51,574 nucleotides of DNA from Betaproteobacteria bacterium (GCA_025353085.1 JANXRI010000212.1:1-51574); one strand, 5' to 3'; counted from the stretch's first letter, positions 14,378 to 26,480 are shown. Numbers and translations are program-made. The notes: generated by a model not told the origin, from the letters alone.

Positions 14378-15169
14378 GTGGCCAACTCAGGTTCGACGAC
14401 CATCGGCATACCAGCGACAGGCGCGATGCCGCGGCACATCGCCATTATCATGGATGGCAATGGACGGTGGGCGAAGCAACGCTATCTGCCTCGCATCGCC
14501 GGTCACCGGGGCGGCGTTGAAAACGTGCGCAGCACCGTGCGGGCATGCGCTGAAAAAGGCGTCGAGTATCTGACGTTATTTGCGTTCAGCAGCGAGAACT
14601 GGCGCCGGCCGGCCGAAGAAGTATCCTTTCTCATGCAGTTGTTCATCTCCGCACTCGAGCAGGAGATCGCGAAGCTGCATGAGAACGGCGTGCGCTTTAA
14701 AGTGATCGGGGACTTGTCGCGTTTCGAGCGGCCATTGCAAAAGCTGGTGGCCGACGCAGAAAAGCTCACTGTCGACAACACGCGATTGACGCTGACGGTG
14801 GCGGCCAATTATGGCGGTCGCTGGGACATTATGCAGGCGGTAAAGCGCATGCTTGCCGATAAGCCCCAGCTTGCAGCCGACTTCATGGAGCCGGATCTGC
14901 TGCCGTATCTCGCGCTTGCCTATGCGCCCGAACCGGACTTGTTCATAAGGACCGGCGGCGAGCAGCGTATTAGCAATTTTTTACTGTGGCAACTCGCCTA
15001 CACCGAAATGTATTTTACGGATACCTTGTGGCCGGACTTCGATATCGCGGCATTCAACGCTGCGATCGAGTCGTATCAGCGGCGAGAGCGGCGATTTGGG
15101 CGCACGAGCGAGCAATTGCGCGAAGATGCTCCAAGGCAAACACCGCGCCGCGTCTCCGATGGACGTTAA
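14378..15169 (+). CDS. uppS: Di-trans,poly-cis-undecaprenyl-diphosphate synthase
   Basis: Motifs [14 protein letters not shown] and [23 protein letters not shown]. The start is GTG 14378, with an alternative ATG at 14426. Confidence 0.93.
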   Translation: MANSGSTTIGIPATGAMPRHIAIIMDGNGRWAKQRYLPRIAGHRGGVENVRSTVRACAEKGVEYLTLFAFSSENWRRPAEEVSFLMQLFISALEQEIAKLHENGVRFKVIGDLSRFERPLQKLVADAEKLTVDNTRLTLTVAANYGGRWDIMQAVKRMLADKPQLAADFMEPDLLPYLALAYAPEPDLFIRTGGEQRISNFLLWQLAYTEMYFTDTLWPDFDIAAFNAAIESYQRRERRFGRTSEQLREDAPRQTPRRVSDGR

Positions 15170-15193
15170 CGGCCCGCGGGCGTACCGGCGCTG

Positions 15194-15997
15194 ATGCTCA
15201 AGCAGCGCTTGTTGACCGCGGCAGTCCTGATTCCACTGTTGCTGGCAGCGATGTTTTTGTTGCCCGGTATCTGGTGGCAGGCCGTATTAATCATCCCGGT
15301 GTTGATCGCCGCGCACGAATGGGCGCGATTGGGATCGTTCGGTCGCGCCGGTGAAGCGTTGTTCCTGCTGGCGCTGGCGGCCGGTCTGGCAATGCTCTGG
15401 TTCAGTGGTGGCGCATCAACACTTGATACCGGACATCCCGCGGCGCTTGCGCGCTGCGTCTTTGCCTTGAATGTATCGTTTTGGCTGGTCGTTGTGCCAT
15501 GCTGGCTCTGGCTGAAAGTGGTCGTCCGCAACCGCTTGATGCTTGGCGTCGCAGGCATCGCGATTTTGCTGCCAACGTGGCTCGCGCTGACGCAATTGCA
15601 AGTCAACCCGTTAATGCTGCTGCTGTTGCTTGGCGTGGTCTGGATTGCCGACACTGCGGCGTATTTGTTTGGCCGGCTATTCGGCCGCCACAAGCTCGCG
15701 CCGCGCATTAGTCCCGGCAAAACCTGGGAGGGCGTTGCCGGTGCGTTGGCCACCGTCACCGTGTATGCTCTGATTCTGCATTTCGCGCACCTCACTGAGC
15801 GCCAAGGCGAATTTCTGGTCGCAACATTTTTAAGCATGGCGGTATTCAGCATCGTCGGCGATTTATTCGAGTCGTGGTTAAAGCGCGGCGCCGGCGTCAA
15901 GGATAGCGGCACGATTTTTCCCGGACACGGGGGCATGCTCGATCGCATCGACGGCGTGGTGGCGGCGCTTCCGCTCGCTGCACTCATCTTCTTATGA
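15194..15997 (+). CDS. cdsA: Phosphatidate cytidylyltransferase
   Basis: Polytopic membrane protein carrying the signature [36 protein letters not shown]. Confidence 0.9.
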   Translation: MLKQRLLTAAVLIPLLLAAMFLLPGIWWQAVLIIPVLIAAHEWARLGSFGRAGEALFLLALAAGLAMLWFSGGASTLDTGHPAALARCVFALNVSFWLVVVPCWLWLKVVVRNRLMLGVAGIAILLPTWLALTQLQVNPLMLLLLLGVVWIADTAAYLFGRLFGRHKLAPRISPGKTWEGVAGALATVTVYALILHFAHLTERQGEFLVATFLSMAVFSIVGDLFESWLKRGAGVKDSGTIFPGHGGMLDRIDGVVAALPLAALIFL

Positions 15998-17217
15998 ACA
16001 CTCCGCGGCAACTTGCAATCCTGGGCTCGACCGGCAGTATCGGCGTCAATACGCTTGATGTCGTCGCGCGGCACCCCGACCGTTTTCAAGTCGTTGCACT
16101 CACCGCTCACCGCCAAATCGATTTGCTGTTTCAGCAATGCGTCGAATTCAGGCCGCAGTATGCCGTGCTCGATAGTCCGCAAGCCGCCGACGACCTGCGC
16201 GCGAGGCTGCGTGCGCACGGTCTTGCGACAGCCGTGTTGCACGGCGAGCGTGCGCTGGAGGAAGTCGCGTCGCTCGCCGAAGTCGATACGGTCATGGCGG
16301 CGATTGTCGGCATCGCGGGCCTCCGCGCGAGCTTCGCAGCAGTACAGGCCGGCAAGCGCGTGCTGCTTGCGAACAAAGAGGCACTGGTCACCGCCGGCCC
16401 TGTATTCATGCAGGCGGTGCAAGCGCACGGCGCGACTTTGCTGCCGATCGATAGCGAGCACAATGCGGTATTTCAGGCGCTGCCGCGCAATTTTTCCGGC
16501 GACCTTGCCGCGTCGGGCGTGCGCCGCATCGTCTTGACGGCATCCGGCGGACCTTTTCGCGACGTCCCATTAGATCGCCTGCACAGCGTGACGCCTGATG
16601 AAGCCTGCGCGCATCCCAACTGGGTGATGGGGCGAAAAATATCCGTCGATTCGGCCACCATGATGAACAAGGGGCTCGAGATTATCGAGGCGAGCTGGCT
16701 CTTCAACGCTGATGAAAGCCGGATCAAAGTGGTTATCCATCCTGAAAGCGTGATTCACTCACTCGTCGAGTACGTCGACGGCTCGTTACTCGCACAACTC
16801 GGCAATCCCGATATGCGCACACCGATTGCCTATGCCCTCGGTTTTCCCGACCGTATTGAGGCCGGCGTCGAGGGCCTCAATCTCGCCGCACTGAGCCAGC
16901 TCAACTTTTCGGAGCCGGATGTCACGAGGTTCCCATGCCTCGAACTCGCGCGCACGGCGTTGCGCACAGGCGATAGCGCACCGGCCGTTTTAAATGCCGC
17001 CAATGAAGTTGCCGTCAGTGCATTTCTCGCGTCGCAACTTCGATTCGACCGCATTCCGGAACTGATCGAACATGCGTTGAGCGCCGTGGGCATCGCGCCT
17101 TTGCGCGGAATCGATGATGTGTTCGCTGCAGATCTCGCCGCGCGCGAATGTGCTCAATCATGGCTGGCCCGCAAAGGTGCCGGCGCGACTCCTCAACCCT
17201 CCCGCCTGTCGGCGTAG
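15994..17217 (+). CDS. dxr: 1-deoxy-D-xylulose 5-phosphate reductoisomerase
   Basis: Motifs [25 protein letters not shown] and [11 protein letters not shown]. The start overlaps the cdsA stop in an ATGA. Confidence 0.95.
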   Translation: MNTPRQLAILGSTGSIGVNTLDVVARHPDRFQVVALTAHRQIDLLFQQCVEFRPQYAVLDSPQAADDLRARLRAHGLATAVLHGERALEEVASLAEVDTVMAAIVGIAGLRASFAAVQAGKRVLLANKEALVTAGPVFMQAVQAHGATLLPIDSEHNAVFQALPRNFSGDLAASGVRRIVLTASGGPFRDVPLDRLHSVTPDEACAHPNWVMGRKISVDSATMMNKGLEIIEASWLFNADESRIKVVIHPESVIHSLVEYVDGSLLAQLGNPDMRTPIAYALGFPDRIEAGVEGLNLAALSQLNFSEPDVTRFPCLELARTALRTGDSAPAVLNAANEVAVSAFLASQLRFDRIPELIEHALSAVGIAPLRGIDDVFAADLAARECAQSWLARKGAGATPQPSRLSA

Positions 17218-17230
17218 CGATCGAGCAAAA

Positions 17231-18595
17231 ATGAATATTCTGACCACCCTGATTGCGTTTGCAGTTGCGCTCGGTTCACTCGTCGTCGTGCACGAATTCG
17301 GCCACTATCTCGCGGCCCGGCTATGCAACGTGAAAGTGTTGCGCTTTTCAGTCGGCTTCGGTCGCGTGCTGGCGAGCCGCCGCCTGGGCCGCGATCAAAC
17401 TGAATGGGCGCTCGCGGCATTTCCGCTCGGCGGTTACGTAAAGATGCTCGATGAGCGCGAAGGTGAGGTAGCGCCGCCAGATTTGCCGCGTGCCTTCAAC
17501 CGGCAATCCGTCGCCCGCCGCTACTTTATCGTGGTGGCCGGACCGCTCGCCAACTTCGTGCTTGCCATCGGTCTTTATTGGCTGATCTTCATGCATGGCG
17601 TGCCGGGGATCAAGCCCGTCATTGGCGGCGTGGCGGCGGGATCGCCGGCCGCACAGGCGCAATTCCAGGCCGGTGAAGTCCTCACGAAGGTGGGGGGCGA
17701 GGCAGTTACGACATGGCAGGATGCGCGCTGGCAGTTACTCAAACATGCGGTCGACCGGTCGAACGTCGCCATTGAAGCGCAAAACGAGCACGCGGAAATT
17801 CACGTTCATAGACTCGATATGGCGGGTTTGAAGCCGAGCGATCTCGATGGCGATTTTTTACGCACATTGGGTTTCGCGCGACAACAGCCGCCGCTGCCGC
17901 CGGTGATCGGGCGCGTAGTAGCCGGCGGCGCCGCGGAACGCGCCGGTATGCTTGCCGGCGATGAAGTGCTGAGCATCGACGGTGTTGCGGTCAGGCGCTG
18001 GGACGAGGTCGTCACGACCATCGGCGCGAGTCCGCAGCGCGAACTTGTGCTCGAAGTAAAACGGGGCGACGCGCGCCAAAAAATCGCAGTAAAGCCGGAC
18101 GCAGTCCTTGAAAATTCAACTCGCATCGGTCGCATCGGGGTTGCGGTGCGCGTCGATGCCAATGCGATGCGCCAGTACGCGGTGGAAGTTCGTTATTCTC
18201 CGTTGACCGCCATCGGCAAAGCACTCGAGCGCACGTGGGACACTTCGCTTTTCAGCCTGCGCATGCTCGGCAAAATGATTATCGGCGAAGTATCGTTGAA
18301 GAACCTGAGCGGACCGATTACGATCGCCGATTATGCGGGCCAGTCGGCGCAAGGCGGATGGATTTCCTATCTCGCGTTTATTGCGCTGATCAGCATCAGT
18401 CTCGGGGTGTTGAATTTATTGCCGATCCCCTTATTGGATGGCGGACATTTGATGTATTATATGATTGAAATTGTTAAGGGAAGTCCCGTGTCAACCCAAG
18501 CAATGGAGATCGGTCAAAACATTGGGATGGGATTGCTGTTTTTACTCATGACCTTTGCACTATATAACGATGTCAGCAGGCTTTTAACCGGTTAA
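17231..18595 (+). CDS. rseP: Site-2 zinc metalloprotease RseP
   Basis: HEFGH (HExxH) within the first TM region, a PDZ-containing middle section and C-terminal LNLLPIPLLDGGHL. The start is placed at ATG 17231. Confidence 0.93.
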   Translation: MNILTTLIAFAVALGSLVVVHEFGHYLAARLCNVKVLRFSVGFGRVLASRRLGRDQTEWALAAFPLGGYVKMLDEREGEVAPPDLPRAFNRQSVARRYFIVVAGPLANFVLAIGLYWLIFMHGVPGIKPVIGGVAAGSPAAQAQFQAGEVLTKVGGEAVTTWQDARWQLLKHAVDRSNVAIEAQNEHAEIHVHRLDMAGLKPSDLDGDFLRTLGFARQQPPLPPVIGRVVAGGAAERAGMLAGDEVLSIDGVAVRRWDEVVTTIGASPQRELVLEVKRGDARQKIAVKPDAVLENSTRIGRIGVAVRVDANAMRQYAVEVRYSPLTAIGKALERTWDTSLFSLRMLGKMIIGEVSLKNLSGPITIADYAGQSAQGGWISYLAFIALISISLGVLNLLPIPLLDGGHLMYYMIEIVKGSPVSTQAMEIGQNIGMGLLFLLMTFALYNDVSRLLTG

Positions 18596-18599
18596 CACG

Positions 18600-20867
18600 A
18601 TGCGCGTCCCCCAACACTTCCTGCTTGTTGTTGCCGCCGCGATGACGTCCAGCGCACTCGCTTTTGATCCCTTCGTCGTGAAGGATATCCGCATCGAAGG
18701 CATTCAGCGCACTGAAGCGGGCACCATATTCAGCTACATGCCGGTCAAGGTCGGCGAGACCATGACCGATGACAAAGCGGCGCAGGCAATACGCTCGCTT
18801 TACGCTACCGGTTTTTTTAAAGATGTGAGCCTTGAAGTCGACAACGGTGTACTGATTGTCAACGTTCAGGAGCGGCCGTCGGTCGCGCAAATCGATATCG
18901 TCGGCGCCAAGGAATTCAGCAAGGAAGATTTGCTCAAAGGATTACGTTCGATCGGCCTCGCTGACGGGCGCATTTTCGACCGCGGTCTGCTCGACAAATC
19001 GGAACAGGAACTAAAGCGCCAGTACATCAGCCGGGGCAAGTATTCGGCGCAGATCACGACGACCGCGACACCGCTGGAACGTAATCGGGTGGCGGTCAGG
19101 TTCGATATCGTCGAAGGCGAAGTCGCAAAGATCCGCCAGATCAGCGTCATCGGTAACCGGGTTTTCACGGAAAAAGAACTGCTGAACCAATTCAAGCTGC
19201 GCACACCTGGATTGCTCACGTGGTTCAGTAAGGACGACCAGTATTCAAAGCAGAAGCTGGCAGCCGATCTCGAAACGCTGCGCTCATATTATCTTGACCG
19301 CGGCTATCTCGAATTCAATGTCGATTCAACGCAGATCTCGATTACGCCTGACAAAAAAGACGTCTACATTACGATCGGCTTATCCGAAGGCGCGCAATAT
19401 ACGGTGGCCGACGTCAAGCTCGCCGGTGAAACGTTGATTCCCGAAGCGGAGGCGCGCAAGCTCATCAAAATCCAGCCGGGTGAAGTTTTTTCGCGCAGCA
19501 AGTTGACCGAATCGACCAAGCTGCTGAGCGACCGCATCGGTAACGACGGCTACGCTTTCGCCAACGTCAATGCAGTGCCGGAATTGGACAAGGATAAACG
19601 CAAAGTCAATTTCACGTTCTTCGTTGATCCCGGCCGCCGGGTCTACGTGCGGCGCATCAATGTAACCGGCAACACGCGCACGAGAGACGAAGTGATCCGG
19701 CGCGAAATGCGCCAACTTGAAGGCGGCTGGTATTCGGCCGGTAAAATTCAAAACTCCAAACAACGCGTCGACCGCCTCGGATATTTCGCCGACGTCAATG
19801 TCGAAACGCCGAGCGTTCCAGGCACCACGGATCAGGTCGACCTCAATATAAATGTGACAGAGAAACCGACCGGCAGCGTTTTGTTCGGCGCCGGCTTCGG
19901 CAGCGAAGGCGTGGTGTTGAGCGGCGGGATCACCCAGCAAAATGTGTTCGGCTCCGGTAATCACATTGGCGTGCAAATCAATTCGAGCAAGATCAACACG
20001 GTGTATTCGCTGTCCTTTACGCAGCCGTACTGGACTGTCGACGGTGTAAGCAGAGGTTTTGACGTATATCACCGGAAAAGCAATCCGGCGGCGCTCGGCC
20101 TCGGCTTGTATGAAACCTCCACCACCGGAGGCCAGGCGCGAATCGGCATTCCGTTTACTGATATTGACTCCGTGACGTTAGGCGCCGGGTACGAAAGTAC
20201 GAATCTGACGGCATTCACCGGCGCGCCGGTACAAATTACCAGCTATGTGAACACGTTTGGCAATCAAAACACCGCGGTGTTGGGCACCGTCGGCTGGGGC
20301 CGCGATACGCGCGACAGCGCAATCTATCCGACATCCGGTGCGATCTCGCGCGCCAACCTCGAATCTGGCTTGCCGGGCGGCACGCTGCGCTTTTACAAAG
20401 TGAGCGCGGAGCATAAAAGATACTTTCCGGTGACGCGCAATTTCGTGCTCTATGGCAACGCGGAAATCGGTTATGGCGGCGGCTATGCCGGCAAGCCGCT
20501 GCCTTTCTTCCGCAATTACTACACGGGCGGTCCGACCTCGGTGCGCGGCTTTTACCCGGCGAATATCGGGCCTAAGGACATTAACGGCGATCCGACCGGC
20601 GGCCAGCGCAAGCTCGTGACCAACCTGGAAGTGCTGTTTCCGTTTCCCGGCATGCAGAATGACAAATCGATCAGACTTTCAACCTTCGTCGACGCCGGTA
20701 TTGTCGGCGACACTTATTCGATCAGCCAGGCGCGCGCGTCAGCGGGGATTGCAGTGTCTTATGTCTCGCCGTTTGGCCCGCTCAAATTGAGTTTCGCCCA
20801 ACCGGTAAGGTCGCAAGCCGGGGACAAGCTGCAAAAAATTCAGTTCCAGTTCGGCCAGCAGTTTTAG
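18600..20867 (+). CDS. bamA: Outer membrane protein assembly factor BamA
   Basis: Signal peptide, POTRA-type N-terminal half and a beta-barrel C-terminal half ending in aromatic ...QFQFGQQF. It sits between rseP and skp. Confidence 0.95.
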   Translation: MRVPQHFLLVVAAAMTSSALAFDPFVVKDIRIEGIQRTEAGTIFSYMPVKVGETMTDDKAAQAIRSLYATGFFKDVSLEVDNGVLIVNVQERPSVAQIDIVGAKEFSKEDLLKGLRSIGLADGRIFDRGLLDKSEQELKRQYISRGKYSAQITTTATPLERNRVAVRFDIVEGEVAKIRQISVIGNRVFTEKELLNQFKLRTPGLLTWFSKDDQYSKQKLAADLETLRSYYLDRGYLEFNVDSTQISITPDKKDVYITIGLSEGAQYTVADVKLAGETLIPEAEARKLIKIQPGEVFSRSKLTESTKLLSDRIGNDGYAFANVNAVPELDKDKRKVNFTFFVDPGRRVYVRRINVTGNTRTRDEVIRREMRQLEGGWYSAGKIQNSKQRVDRLGYFADVNVETPSVPGTTDQVDLNINVTEKPTGSVLFGAGFGSEGVVLSGGITQQNVFGSGNHIGVQINSSKINTVYSLSFTQPYWTVDGVSRGFDVYHRKSNPAALGLGLYETSTTGGQARIGIPFTDIDSVTLGAGYESTNLTAFTGAPVQITSYVNTFGNQNTAVLGTVGWGRDTRDSAIYPTSGAISRANLESGLPGGTLRFYKVSAEHKRYFPVTRNFVLYGNAEIGYGGGYAGKPLPFFRNYYTGGPTSVRGFYPANIGPKDINGDPTGGQRKLVTNLEVLFPFPGMQNDKSIRLSTFVDAGIVGDTYSISQARASAGIAVSYVSPFGPLKLSFAQPVRSQAGDKLQKIQFQFGQQF

Positions 20868-20918
20868 AATTCGAAGCGCCAATCGCGAACCGGTTAATGA
20901 AAGTGTAAGGAGACGACT

Positions 20919-21428
20919 TTGAAGCAAATTTACTTGATTACCCTGATGGCCGCGTTGCTGGCTGGCAGTATGTTGTCGCCAGCGCAGGCGGCTGATCTCA
21001 AAATCGGTTTCATTGACGCTGATCGAATCAACCGCGAGTCGGTTCCCGCCGAGCGTGCCACTAAGAAACTCGAGAAAGAGTTCGCGCCGCGTGAGCAGGA
21101 CCTGCGCAAGATTGAAGCGCAGATAAAGAGCCTGCAAGGCCAGCTTGAAAAGGACGGCTTGACGATGAGCGAGACCGATCGTCGCACCAAGGAAACAGAA
21201 CTAGGCCGCCAGACACGGGAATTTCAGCGCCTGCAGCGCGAATTCCGAGAAGATCTGAATTTACGCCGCAATGAGGAACTCGCCGCGCTGTTCGAACGCG
21301 CCAACCGCGTGATCAAGCAGGTCGCCGAGAGCGAGAAATACGACCTGATTGTGCAGGAAGCCGTCTACCGCAGTCCGCGCATCGACATCACCGAAAAGGT
21401 CATGAAGGCGCTCGCGGCCGAGAAATAG
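20919..21428 (+). CDS. skp: Periplasmic chaperone Skp (OmpH family)
   Basis: Signal peptide MKQIYLITLMAALLAGSMLSPAQA followed by a K/E/R-rich helical body. A TTG start follows AAGGAGA. It sits in the bamA-skp-lpxD position. Confidence 0.85.
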   Translation: MKQIYLITLMAALLAGSMLSPAQAADLKIGFIDADRINRESVPAERATKKLEKEFAPREQDLRKIEAQIKSLQGQLEKDGLTMSETDRRTKETELGRQTREFQRLQREFREDLNLRRNEELAALFERANRVIKQVAESEKYDLIVQEAVYRSPRIDITEKVMKALAAEK

Positions 21429-21480
21429 TCCGGTCGCTCGATCGCGGCATACCGCGATTCACGCGCGCTATGGGAATGCA

Positions 21481-22527
21481 ATGACCAGGCGCAAACTTTT
21501 CAGACTAGATGAAATTACCGGGCAGTTCGGTGGTACGCTGCTCGGCGACCCGGCTATCCGGGTGAGCCAGGTAGCATCGCTGACAGCGGCTGGCGCCACC
21601 GATATCGTTTTCATTTCGCAAGCGCGTTATCTTGGCCAGCTGTTGCAAACCAAGGCGGGCGCGGCGATCCTCGGCGCCGATGCGCCCGAGGCGGCGGGAA
21701 TAGCGCGCATCATATGCGCGAATCCTTACGCTTATTTTGCCAGGGTTTCAACCTTATTCAATCCAGCAGCGGCCACCGTCGCCGGCACGCATAAAAGCGC
21801 TGTCGTCGACAAGTCGGCGCGCGTCGATAAGACGGCCAGCCTCGGCGCCGGCGCAGTGGTCGGCAAAAAAGTGCGCATCGGCAAACGCGTCCGGATTGGC
21901 GCCGGATGTTTTGTCGGCGAGGAAAGCAGCATCGGCGACGATTCGATGCTGCATTCCAATGTGTCGGTTTATCACGGCTGCCGAATTGGCGAACGCTGCA
22001 TAGTGCACGCAGGCGTCGTTATCGGCGCCGATGGTTTTGGCATTGCGCGCGAAGCAGGGAAGTGGCAGAAAATACCGCAAATCGGCGGGGTCGATATCGG
22101 CAATGACGTCGAGATCGGCGCCAATACGACAATCGACCGCGGGACACTCGAAGACACGCTGATCGGCGACGGGGTCAAGCTCGATAACCAGATTCAGATT
22201 GCGCACAACGTCAAAATCGGCGCTCACACGGCGATTGCCGCCTGCGTCGGCATTGCCGGCAGTGCGACGATCGGACGCAATTGCGCGCTCGGCGGCGCGG
22301 CGATGATCTACGGACATATTACAATCGCGGATAACGTCAGCATCTCTGCCGGAACCCTGGTGATGAAATCGCTCGTGCAGCCGGGCACGTATACGGGCGT
22401 ATATCCGTTTTCAACGCATCAGCGCTGGCTCAAAAATGCAGCGCAGTTGCGCAACCTCGATGAGCTCGCCGAACGCGTGCGCACACTCGAAGCGCGACTT
22501 GGCAAAGACAAAGGAAACTCGCAGTGA
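21481..22527 (+). CDS. lpxD: UDP-3-O-acylglucosamine N-acyltransferase
   Basis: Extended left-handed beta-helix hexapeptide repeats. Length is 348 aa, with the conserved skp-lpxD-fabZ-lpxA order. Confidence 0.93.
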   Translation: MTRRKLFRLDEITGQFGGTLLGDPAIRVSQVASLTAAGATDIVFISQARYLGQLLQTKAGAAILGADAPEAAGIARIICANPYAYFARVSTLFNPAAATVAGTHKSAVVDKSARVDKTASLGAGAVVGKKVRIGKRVRIGAGCFVGEESSIGDDSMLHSNVSVYHGCRIGERCIVHAGVVIGADGFGIAREAGKWQKIPQIGGVDIGNDVEIGANTTIDRGTLEDTLIGDGVKLDNQIQIAHNVKIGAHTAIAACVGIAGSATIGRNCALGGAAMIYGHITIADNVSISAGTLVMKSLVQPGTYTGVYPFSTHQRWLKNAAQLRNLDELAERVRTLEARLGKDKGNSQ

Positions 22528-22982
22528 ACAGCATGGACATACACGAAATTCTCGCGTATCTGCCGCACCGCTATCCGTTCCTGCTGGTGGACAAAGTGAT
22601 TTCCTGCGAACCCGGCAAGGGCATCGTAGCCATCAAGAATGTCACGATTAATGAGCATTTTTTTGCCGGCCATTTTCCGCATCATCCGGTGATGCCCGGC
22701 GTGCTCATTATCGAGGCGCTCGCGCAGACCGCCGCCATCCTTACTTTCAAGACTCACAATCACAAGGCGGACGATAAATCGGTTTACTACTTTGTCGGAA
22801 TCGACAAGGCGCGCTTTAAAAAACCGGTCATGCCGGGTGATGCGCTCGAACTGAATGTGGAAATCAAGCGCTTCGCACGTGGCATTTGGTGGTTCGCGAC
22901 GCGCGCCAAGGTCGACGGCCAGGTGGTTACCGAAGCCGAACTGATGTGCACGCTGCGCACAATCGACAATACGACGGCGTAG
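22524..22982 (+). CDS. fabZ: 3-hydroxyacyl-ACP dehydratase FabZ
   Basis: Motifs [13 protein letters not shown] and [23 protein letters not shown]. The GTG start overlaps the lpxD stop, with an alternative ATG at 22533. Confidence 0.95.
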   Translation: MNSMDIHEILAYLPHRYPFLLVDKVISCEPGKGIVAIKNVTINEHFFAGHFPHHPVMPGVLIIEALAQTAAILTFKTHNHKADDKSVYYFVGIDKARFKKPVMPGDALELNVEIKRFARGIWWFATRAKVDGQVVTEAELMCTLRTIDNTTA

Positions 22983-22997
22983 CCGGGTTACCCGATA

Positions 22998-23774
22998 GTG
23001 GCGGCAATTCATCCTACAGCGATTGTGCAACCGGGCGCCCAGCTCGCGGCCGACGTCGAGATCGGTGCTTACACGGTTATCGGTGAACATGTCGAAATCG
23101 ACAGCGGCACTCACATCGGTCCGCACGCAGTTATCACGGGGCATACCCGTATCGGCCGCGACAACCGAATTTTTCAGTTCGTGTCGCTCGGCGAAGCGCC
23201 GCAAGACAAAAAATACGCAGGCGAACCGACGCGGCTTGAAATCGGCAATGGCAACACTATCCGCGAATTTTGCACGTTCAATTGCGGCACCGTGCAGGAC
23301 GCCGGCGTAACCCGGCTCGGCGATGACAACTGGGTGATGGCCTATGTTCACCTGGCTCACGATTGTCAGGTCGGCAGCCATGCCATTTTCGCCAATAATG
23401 CGCAGCTTGCCGGCCACGTTCTTGTCGACGACTACGCGATACTCGGCGGATTTACCGCGGTGCATCAGTTCTGTCATATCGGCGCGCACAGCATCACCGC
23501 GATCGGAACAGTCGTGTTGCAGGATGTTCCCCCATTCGTGACCGCCTCGGGCAACACGGCCCGGCCCTATGGCATCAATTCGGAAGGTCTCAAGCGGCGC
23601 GGCTTTGCGCCTGCTGCAATCGCCGCGATCAAGCGCGCGTATAAAACGCTGTACAAATCGGGGCTCGGAATTGAAGATGCAAAGCGCGAGATTGCTCTTG
23701 ATATCGGTGAGTGCCCCGAGTTGCAGGTATTGCTGAATTTTCTCATCCAGTCGACGCGTGGCATCATCCGCTGA
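22998..23774 (+). CDS. lpxA: Acyl-ACP--UDP-N-acetylglucosamine O-acyltransferase
   Basis: N-terminal [13 protein letters not shown] and hexapeptide repeats. Length is 258 aa. Confidence 0.95.
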   Translation: MAAIHPTAIVQPGAQLAADVEIGAYTVIGEHVEIDSGTHIGPHAVITGHTRIGRDNRIFQFVSLGEAPQDKKYAGEPTRLEIGNGNTIREFCTFNCGTVQDAGVTRLGDDNWVMAYVHLAHDCQVGSHAIFANNAQLAGHVLVDDYAILGGFTAVHQFCHIGAHSITAIGTVVLQDVPPFVTASGNTARPYGINSEGLKRRGFAPAAIAAIKRAYKTLYKSGLGIEDAKREIALDIGECPELQVLLNFLIQSTRGIIR

Positions 23775-24927
23775 ACGTGCGGCCCGTCCGCGGACCGTCG
23801 CGATCGTGGCGGGCGAAGCGTCGGGAGACTTGCTCGGCAGCCAGCTGATACTGGCACTGCGCGATTACCTCCCGGGATTGAACGTTGTCGGCATCGGCGG
23901 ACCACGCATGGAAGCTGCTGGCATGGATATATGGTTTCCGCTCGAAAAGCTTGCTGTTCGCGGTTACTTCGAAGTCCTTAAGCACTTTTTTGAAATCGTC
24001 GGCATTCGCCGCCAACTGCGTCGCCGCCTGCTCGCCGATCGACCGGATCTTTTCATCGGCGTCGATGCGCCCGACTTTAATCTCGGCCTTGAGCGCAGCC
24101 TCAAGGCACGCGGCATTCCGACGGTCCATTACGTGAGCCCCGCGATCTGGATGTGGCGGCGTGAGCGGTTGCGAAAAATAAAGCGCGCCGTCAACAAAAT
24201 GCTCACGTTGTTTCCTTTCGAGGTGGATATTTACCGCCAGGCTGGCATCGACGTTGCGTTCGTCGGTCATCCGCTCGCCGATCTGCTCGACCAGATTCCG
24301 CGTGACGATGCGGCACGTGAGCAGTTGCGATTGCCGCCATCGGTGCCGGTAGTGGCATTGCTGCCGGGTAGCCGGCAGAGCGAGCTTCAGTACATGGCGG
24401 ATCTCTTTATACAGACTGCCAAGCTGCTGCACGCACGCTTACCGAATGCGGTATTCCTCGCGCCGCTGACCACGCGTGAAACACGCGTAATGTTCGAAAC
24501 CGCGCTGTACGACAACCACGCCGAAAACCTGCCGCTAACCATTATGTTTGGCCATGCGCAGGACGCGATGGCGGCCGCCGATGTCGTGCTCGTGGCATCA
24601 GGAACGGCGACCTTGGAGGCCGCACTCCTGCACAAACCGATGGTCATCACATACAAGATGCCACCGGCGACCTACTGGCTGCTGCAAGGCAAGGGGTACC
24701 TGCCTTACTACGGGTTGCCAAACATACTCGCCCGCGAGTTTGTCGTGCCTGAACTCATACAGGACGACGCGACGCCCGAAAATCTCAATCAGGCGCTGAT
24801 CAATCTGCTCGCAGATGTTGCCACGCGCGATCGAATCGCCGGCAAGTTCGCCGCGATGAGCGCCAGCCTCAACCGCGGCGCGGCGCGGCAGGCGGCGCTA
24901 GCAGTCTTACCGATGCTGCAAAGCTAG
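23758..24927 (+). CDS. lpxB: Lipid-A-disaccharide synthase
   Basis: [19 protein letters not shown]-terminal motif. The GTG start overlaps the lpxA 3' end by 17 nt. Confidence 0.92.
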   Translation: MASSAERAARPRTVAIVAGEASGDLLGSQLILALRDYLPGLNVVGIGGPRMEAAGMDIWFPLEKLAVRGYFEVLKHFFEIVGIRRQLRRRLLADRPDLFIGVDAPDFNLGLERSLKARGIPTVHYVSPAIWMWRRERLRKIKRAVNKMLTLFPFEVDIYRQAGIDVAFVGHPLADLLDQIPRDDAAREQLRLPPSVPVVALLPGSRQSELQYMADLFIQTAKLLHARLPNAVFLAPLTTRETRVMFETALYDNHAENLPLTIMFGHAQDAMAAADVVLVASGTATLEAALLHKPMVITYKMPPATYWLLQGKGYLPYYGLPNILAREFVVPELIQDDATPENLNQALINLLADVATRDRIAGKFAAMSASLNRGAARQAALAVLPMLQS

Positions 24928-24928
24928 C

Positions 24929-25492
24929 ATGCGCTGCGGCGTCGACGAGGCGGGACGCGGACCGCTCGCCGGGCCGGTGTTTGCCGCGGCGGTGATCTTA
25001 GGCGACGGGCATGGCATCACCGGCCTGGCGGACTCCAAAACGCTCAGCGCAGTGCGGCGAGTTGCGCTGGCGACCAAAATTAAAAAGTATGCGATTGCAT
25101 GGGCCGTCGCGAGCGCGTCCGTCGAGGAAATCGACGCCCTGAACATTCTGCAGGCCACGCTGCTCGCAATGCGTCGCGCGGTGGAGGCGCTCGACAGGTT
25201 GCCTACTGAAGTACTCGTCGACGGACTTTTCTGCCCGCAGGTTGCATTGCCTTCGCGTGCCATCGTCCGCGGCGACTCGCTGATTCCCGAGATATCCGCA
25301 GCGTCTATTCTGGCGAAGACCTCACGCGATGCGCTCATGGTCGCCCTGCATTCGCAATATCCCGGCTATGGGTTCGACCGGCATAAGGGCTATGGCACCG
25401 CCCGGCATCTGGACGCATTGCGCTTGCACGGCGCCTGTGAGGCGCATCGGCGTACTTTCGCGCCAGTTCGATTCTTGCTCGATAAGGACTAA
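24929..25492 (+). CDS. rnhB: Ribonuclease HII
   Basis: Motifs [21 protein letters not shown] and [12 protein letters not shown]. Confidence 0.93.
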   Translation: MRCGVDEAGRGPLAGPVFAAAVILGDGHGITGLADSKTLSAVRRVALATKIKKYAIAWAVASASVEEIDALNILQATLLAMRRAVEALDRLPTEVLVDGLFCPQVALPSRAIVRGDSLIPEISAASILAKTSRDALMVALHSQYPGYGFDRHKGYGTARHLDALRLHGACEAHRRTFAPVRFLLDKD

Positions 25493-25502
25493 CGTTCGCG
25501 AA

Positions 25503-26453
25503 CTACGCGCTCAACTCATGCATCAACTGTCGTAGCGCGGCTTTTTCGCGCCGCGGCCGGGTCAAGTCGCGGCGGGCGGCGCATTGGCGCTTTAATTCGG
25601 CATAAAATTTCGGCGCCGACTCGGCGCGCCACAATAAGCGAGCAAGCGCGCGTTCGTCGCCGGGCGGAAAATATCCCGCGTAATCTCGCCCCAGCATGCC
25701 GACATTTCCCGCTACCCGCGACGCGATGACCGGCACGCCTGCCGCGAGCGCTTCAGTGACCACATTGGCGCCGCCTTCAAGGCGTGAACTAATAATCAAA
25801 AGCCGCGCACGCGCGAGGCGGCGCACTGCGGCGCCGTGCGGCACTTCACCGATCCAGCGATAACGTGGCTCGCGGCGCATCCACTGCCTGGCTTCCCGTT
25901 CCATCGATTTCTTTAGCGCACCGCCGACCTGGATTGCTCTGATGCGGCTCGCGGGCGGCAGGTGCGCTAAGGCGGCGGCGAGCCGGAACGGGTCTTTGAC
26001 CTCGCGCAGATGACCGCTGATGCAAATCTCGAAGCGTGACTTCAGCGGCGCTGCCTTTTTCACGGGTTGCGTCGACTGATAGATCACCCGCGTTTTGTGC
26101 CGCAGACGCCGCGGCAGTTCTTTGAGTCCTTCGTCTTGTAGTACGACCAGGCGGGTCGCCAGTTCAAGAGAGAGTTGGGCCTCGGCATCCACCCGTATGT
26201 CGCCGTAAAGATCGGTGCCGGTCAGCATCAGCACGAGCGGGCGATTGGGAAATGCAGCGGCGAAGCGCGCGATCGAATCGTGACTGCGCCGGGCGTGCAG
26301 CGCAATCATGACATCGGCGTTGGCGCCGTCCCACGCCGTTTGCACACGAATCCGATGACCGAGATCGCGCAGCAGCATGGACCAGCGTAATGCCGTATTG
26401 CGATTACCGGAGTGCGCAACGGGCCGCGCAGGCGTGATGAGTGCAATTTTCAT
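25503..26453 (-). CDS. GT-B fold glycosyltransferase; candidate SenB-like selenosugar synthase
   Basis: The N-terminus is MKIALITPARPVAHSGNRNTALRW. The C-terminal half is GT1/GT4-like with an E-x7-E motif (EGGANVVTEALAAGVPVIAS). The start is placed at ATG 26453; the track ORF up to 26783 runs antisense into the neighbouring gene. The gene is divergent from an EgtB/SenA-like gene. Glycosyltransferase fold confidence is about 0.7; the SenB assignment is lower, about 0.4. Confidence 0.7.
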   Translation of the reverse strand: MKIALITPARPVAHSGNRNTALRWSMLLRDLGHRIRVQTAWDGANADVMIALHARRSHDSIARFAAAFPNRPLVLMLTGTDLYGDIRVDAEAQLSLELATRLVVLQDEGLKELPRRLRHKTRVIYQSTQPVKKAAPLKSRFEICISGHLREVKDPFRLAAALAHLPPASRIRAIQVGGALKKSMEREARQWMRREPRYRWIGEVPHGAAVRRLARARLLIISSRLEGGANVVTEALAAGVPVIASRVAGNVGMLGRDYAGYFPPGDERALARLLWRAESAPKFYAELKRQCAARRDLTRPRREKAALRQLMHELSA

Positions 26454-26480
26454 GCGTTGCCGTTGAGCTAAAATGCCACC

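Noticed and set aside
15166-16461. Very long antisense ORFs opposite well-supported genes. Examples: 15166-16461(-) 431 aa, 6124-7230(-) 368 aa, 22419-23489(-) 356 aa, 30257-31300(-) 347 aa, 41962-42960(+) 332 aa, 12197-13108(-) 303 aa, 50518-51357(-) 279 aa, 11275-12102(-) 275 aa, 4667-5335(-) 222 aa.
   Set aside because: They lie entirely opposite genes with unmistakable family motifs. Their products are Arg/Ala/His-rich with no recognisable motifs. Long open antisense frames are expected in high-GC DNA because stop codons are AT-rich. They are treated as shadow ORFs.
21441-21458. Hairpin ATCGCGG-CATA-CCGCGAT after skp, considered as a terminator.
   Set aside because: No T-run follows it, and lpxD starts 23 nt later in a conserved operon. 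It is probably incidental or at most a processing or stability element.
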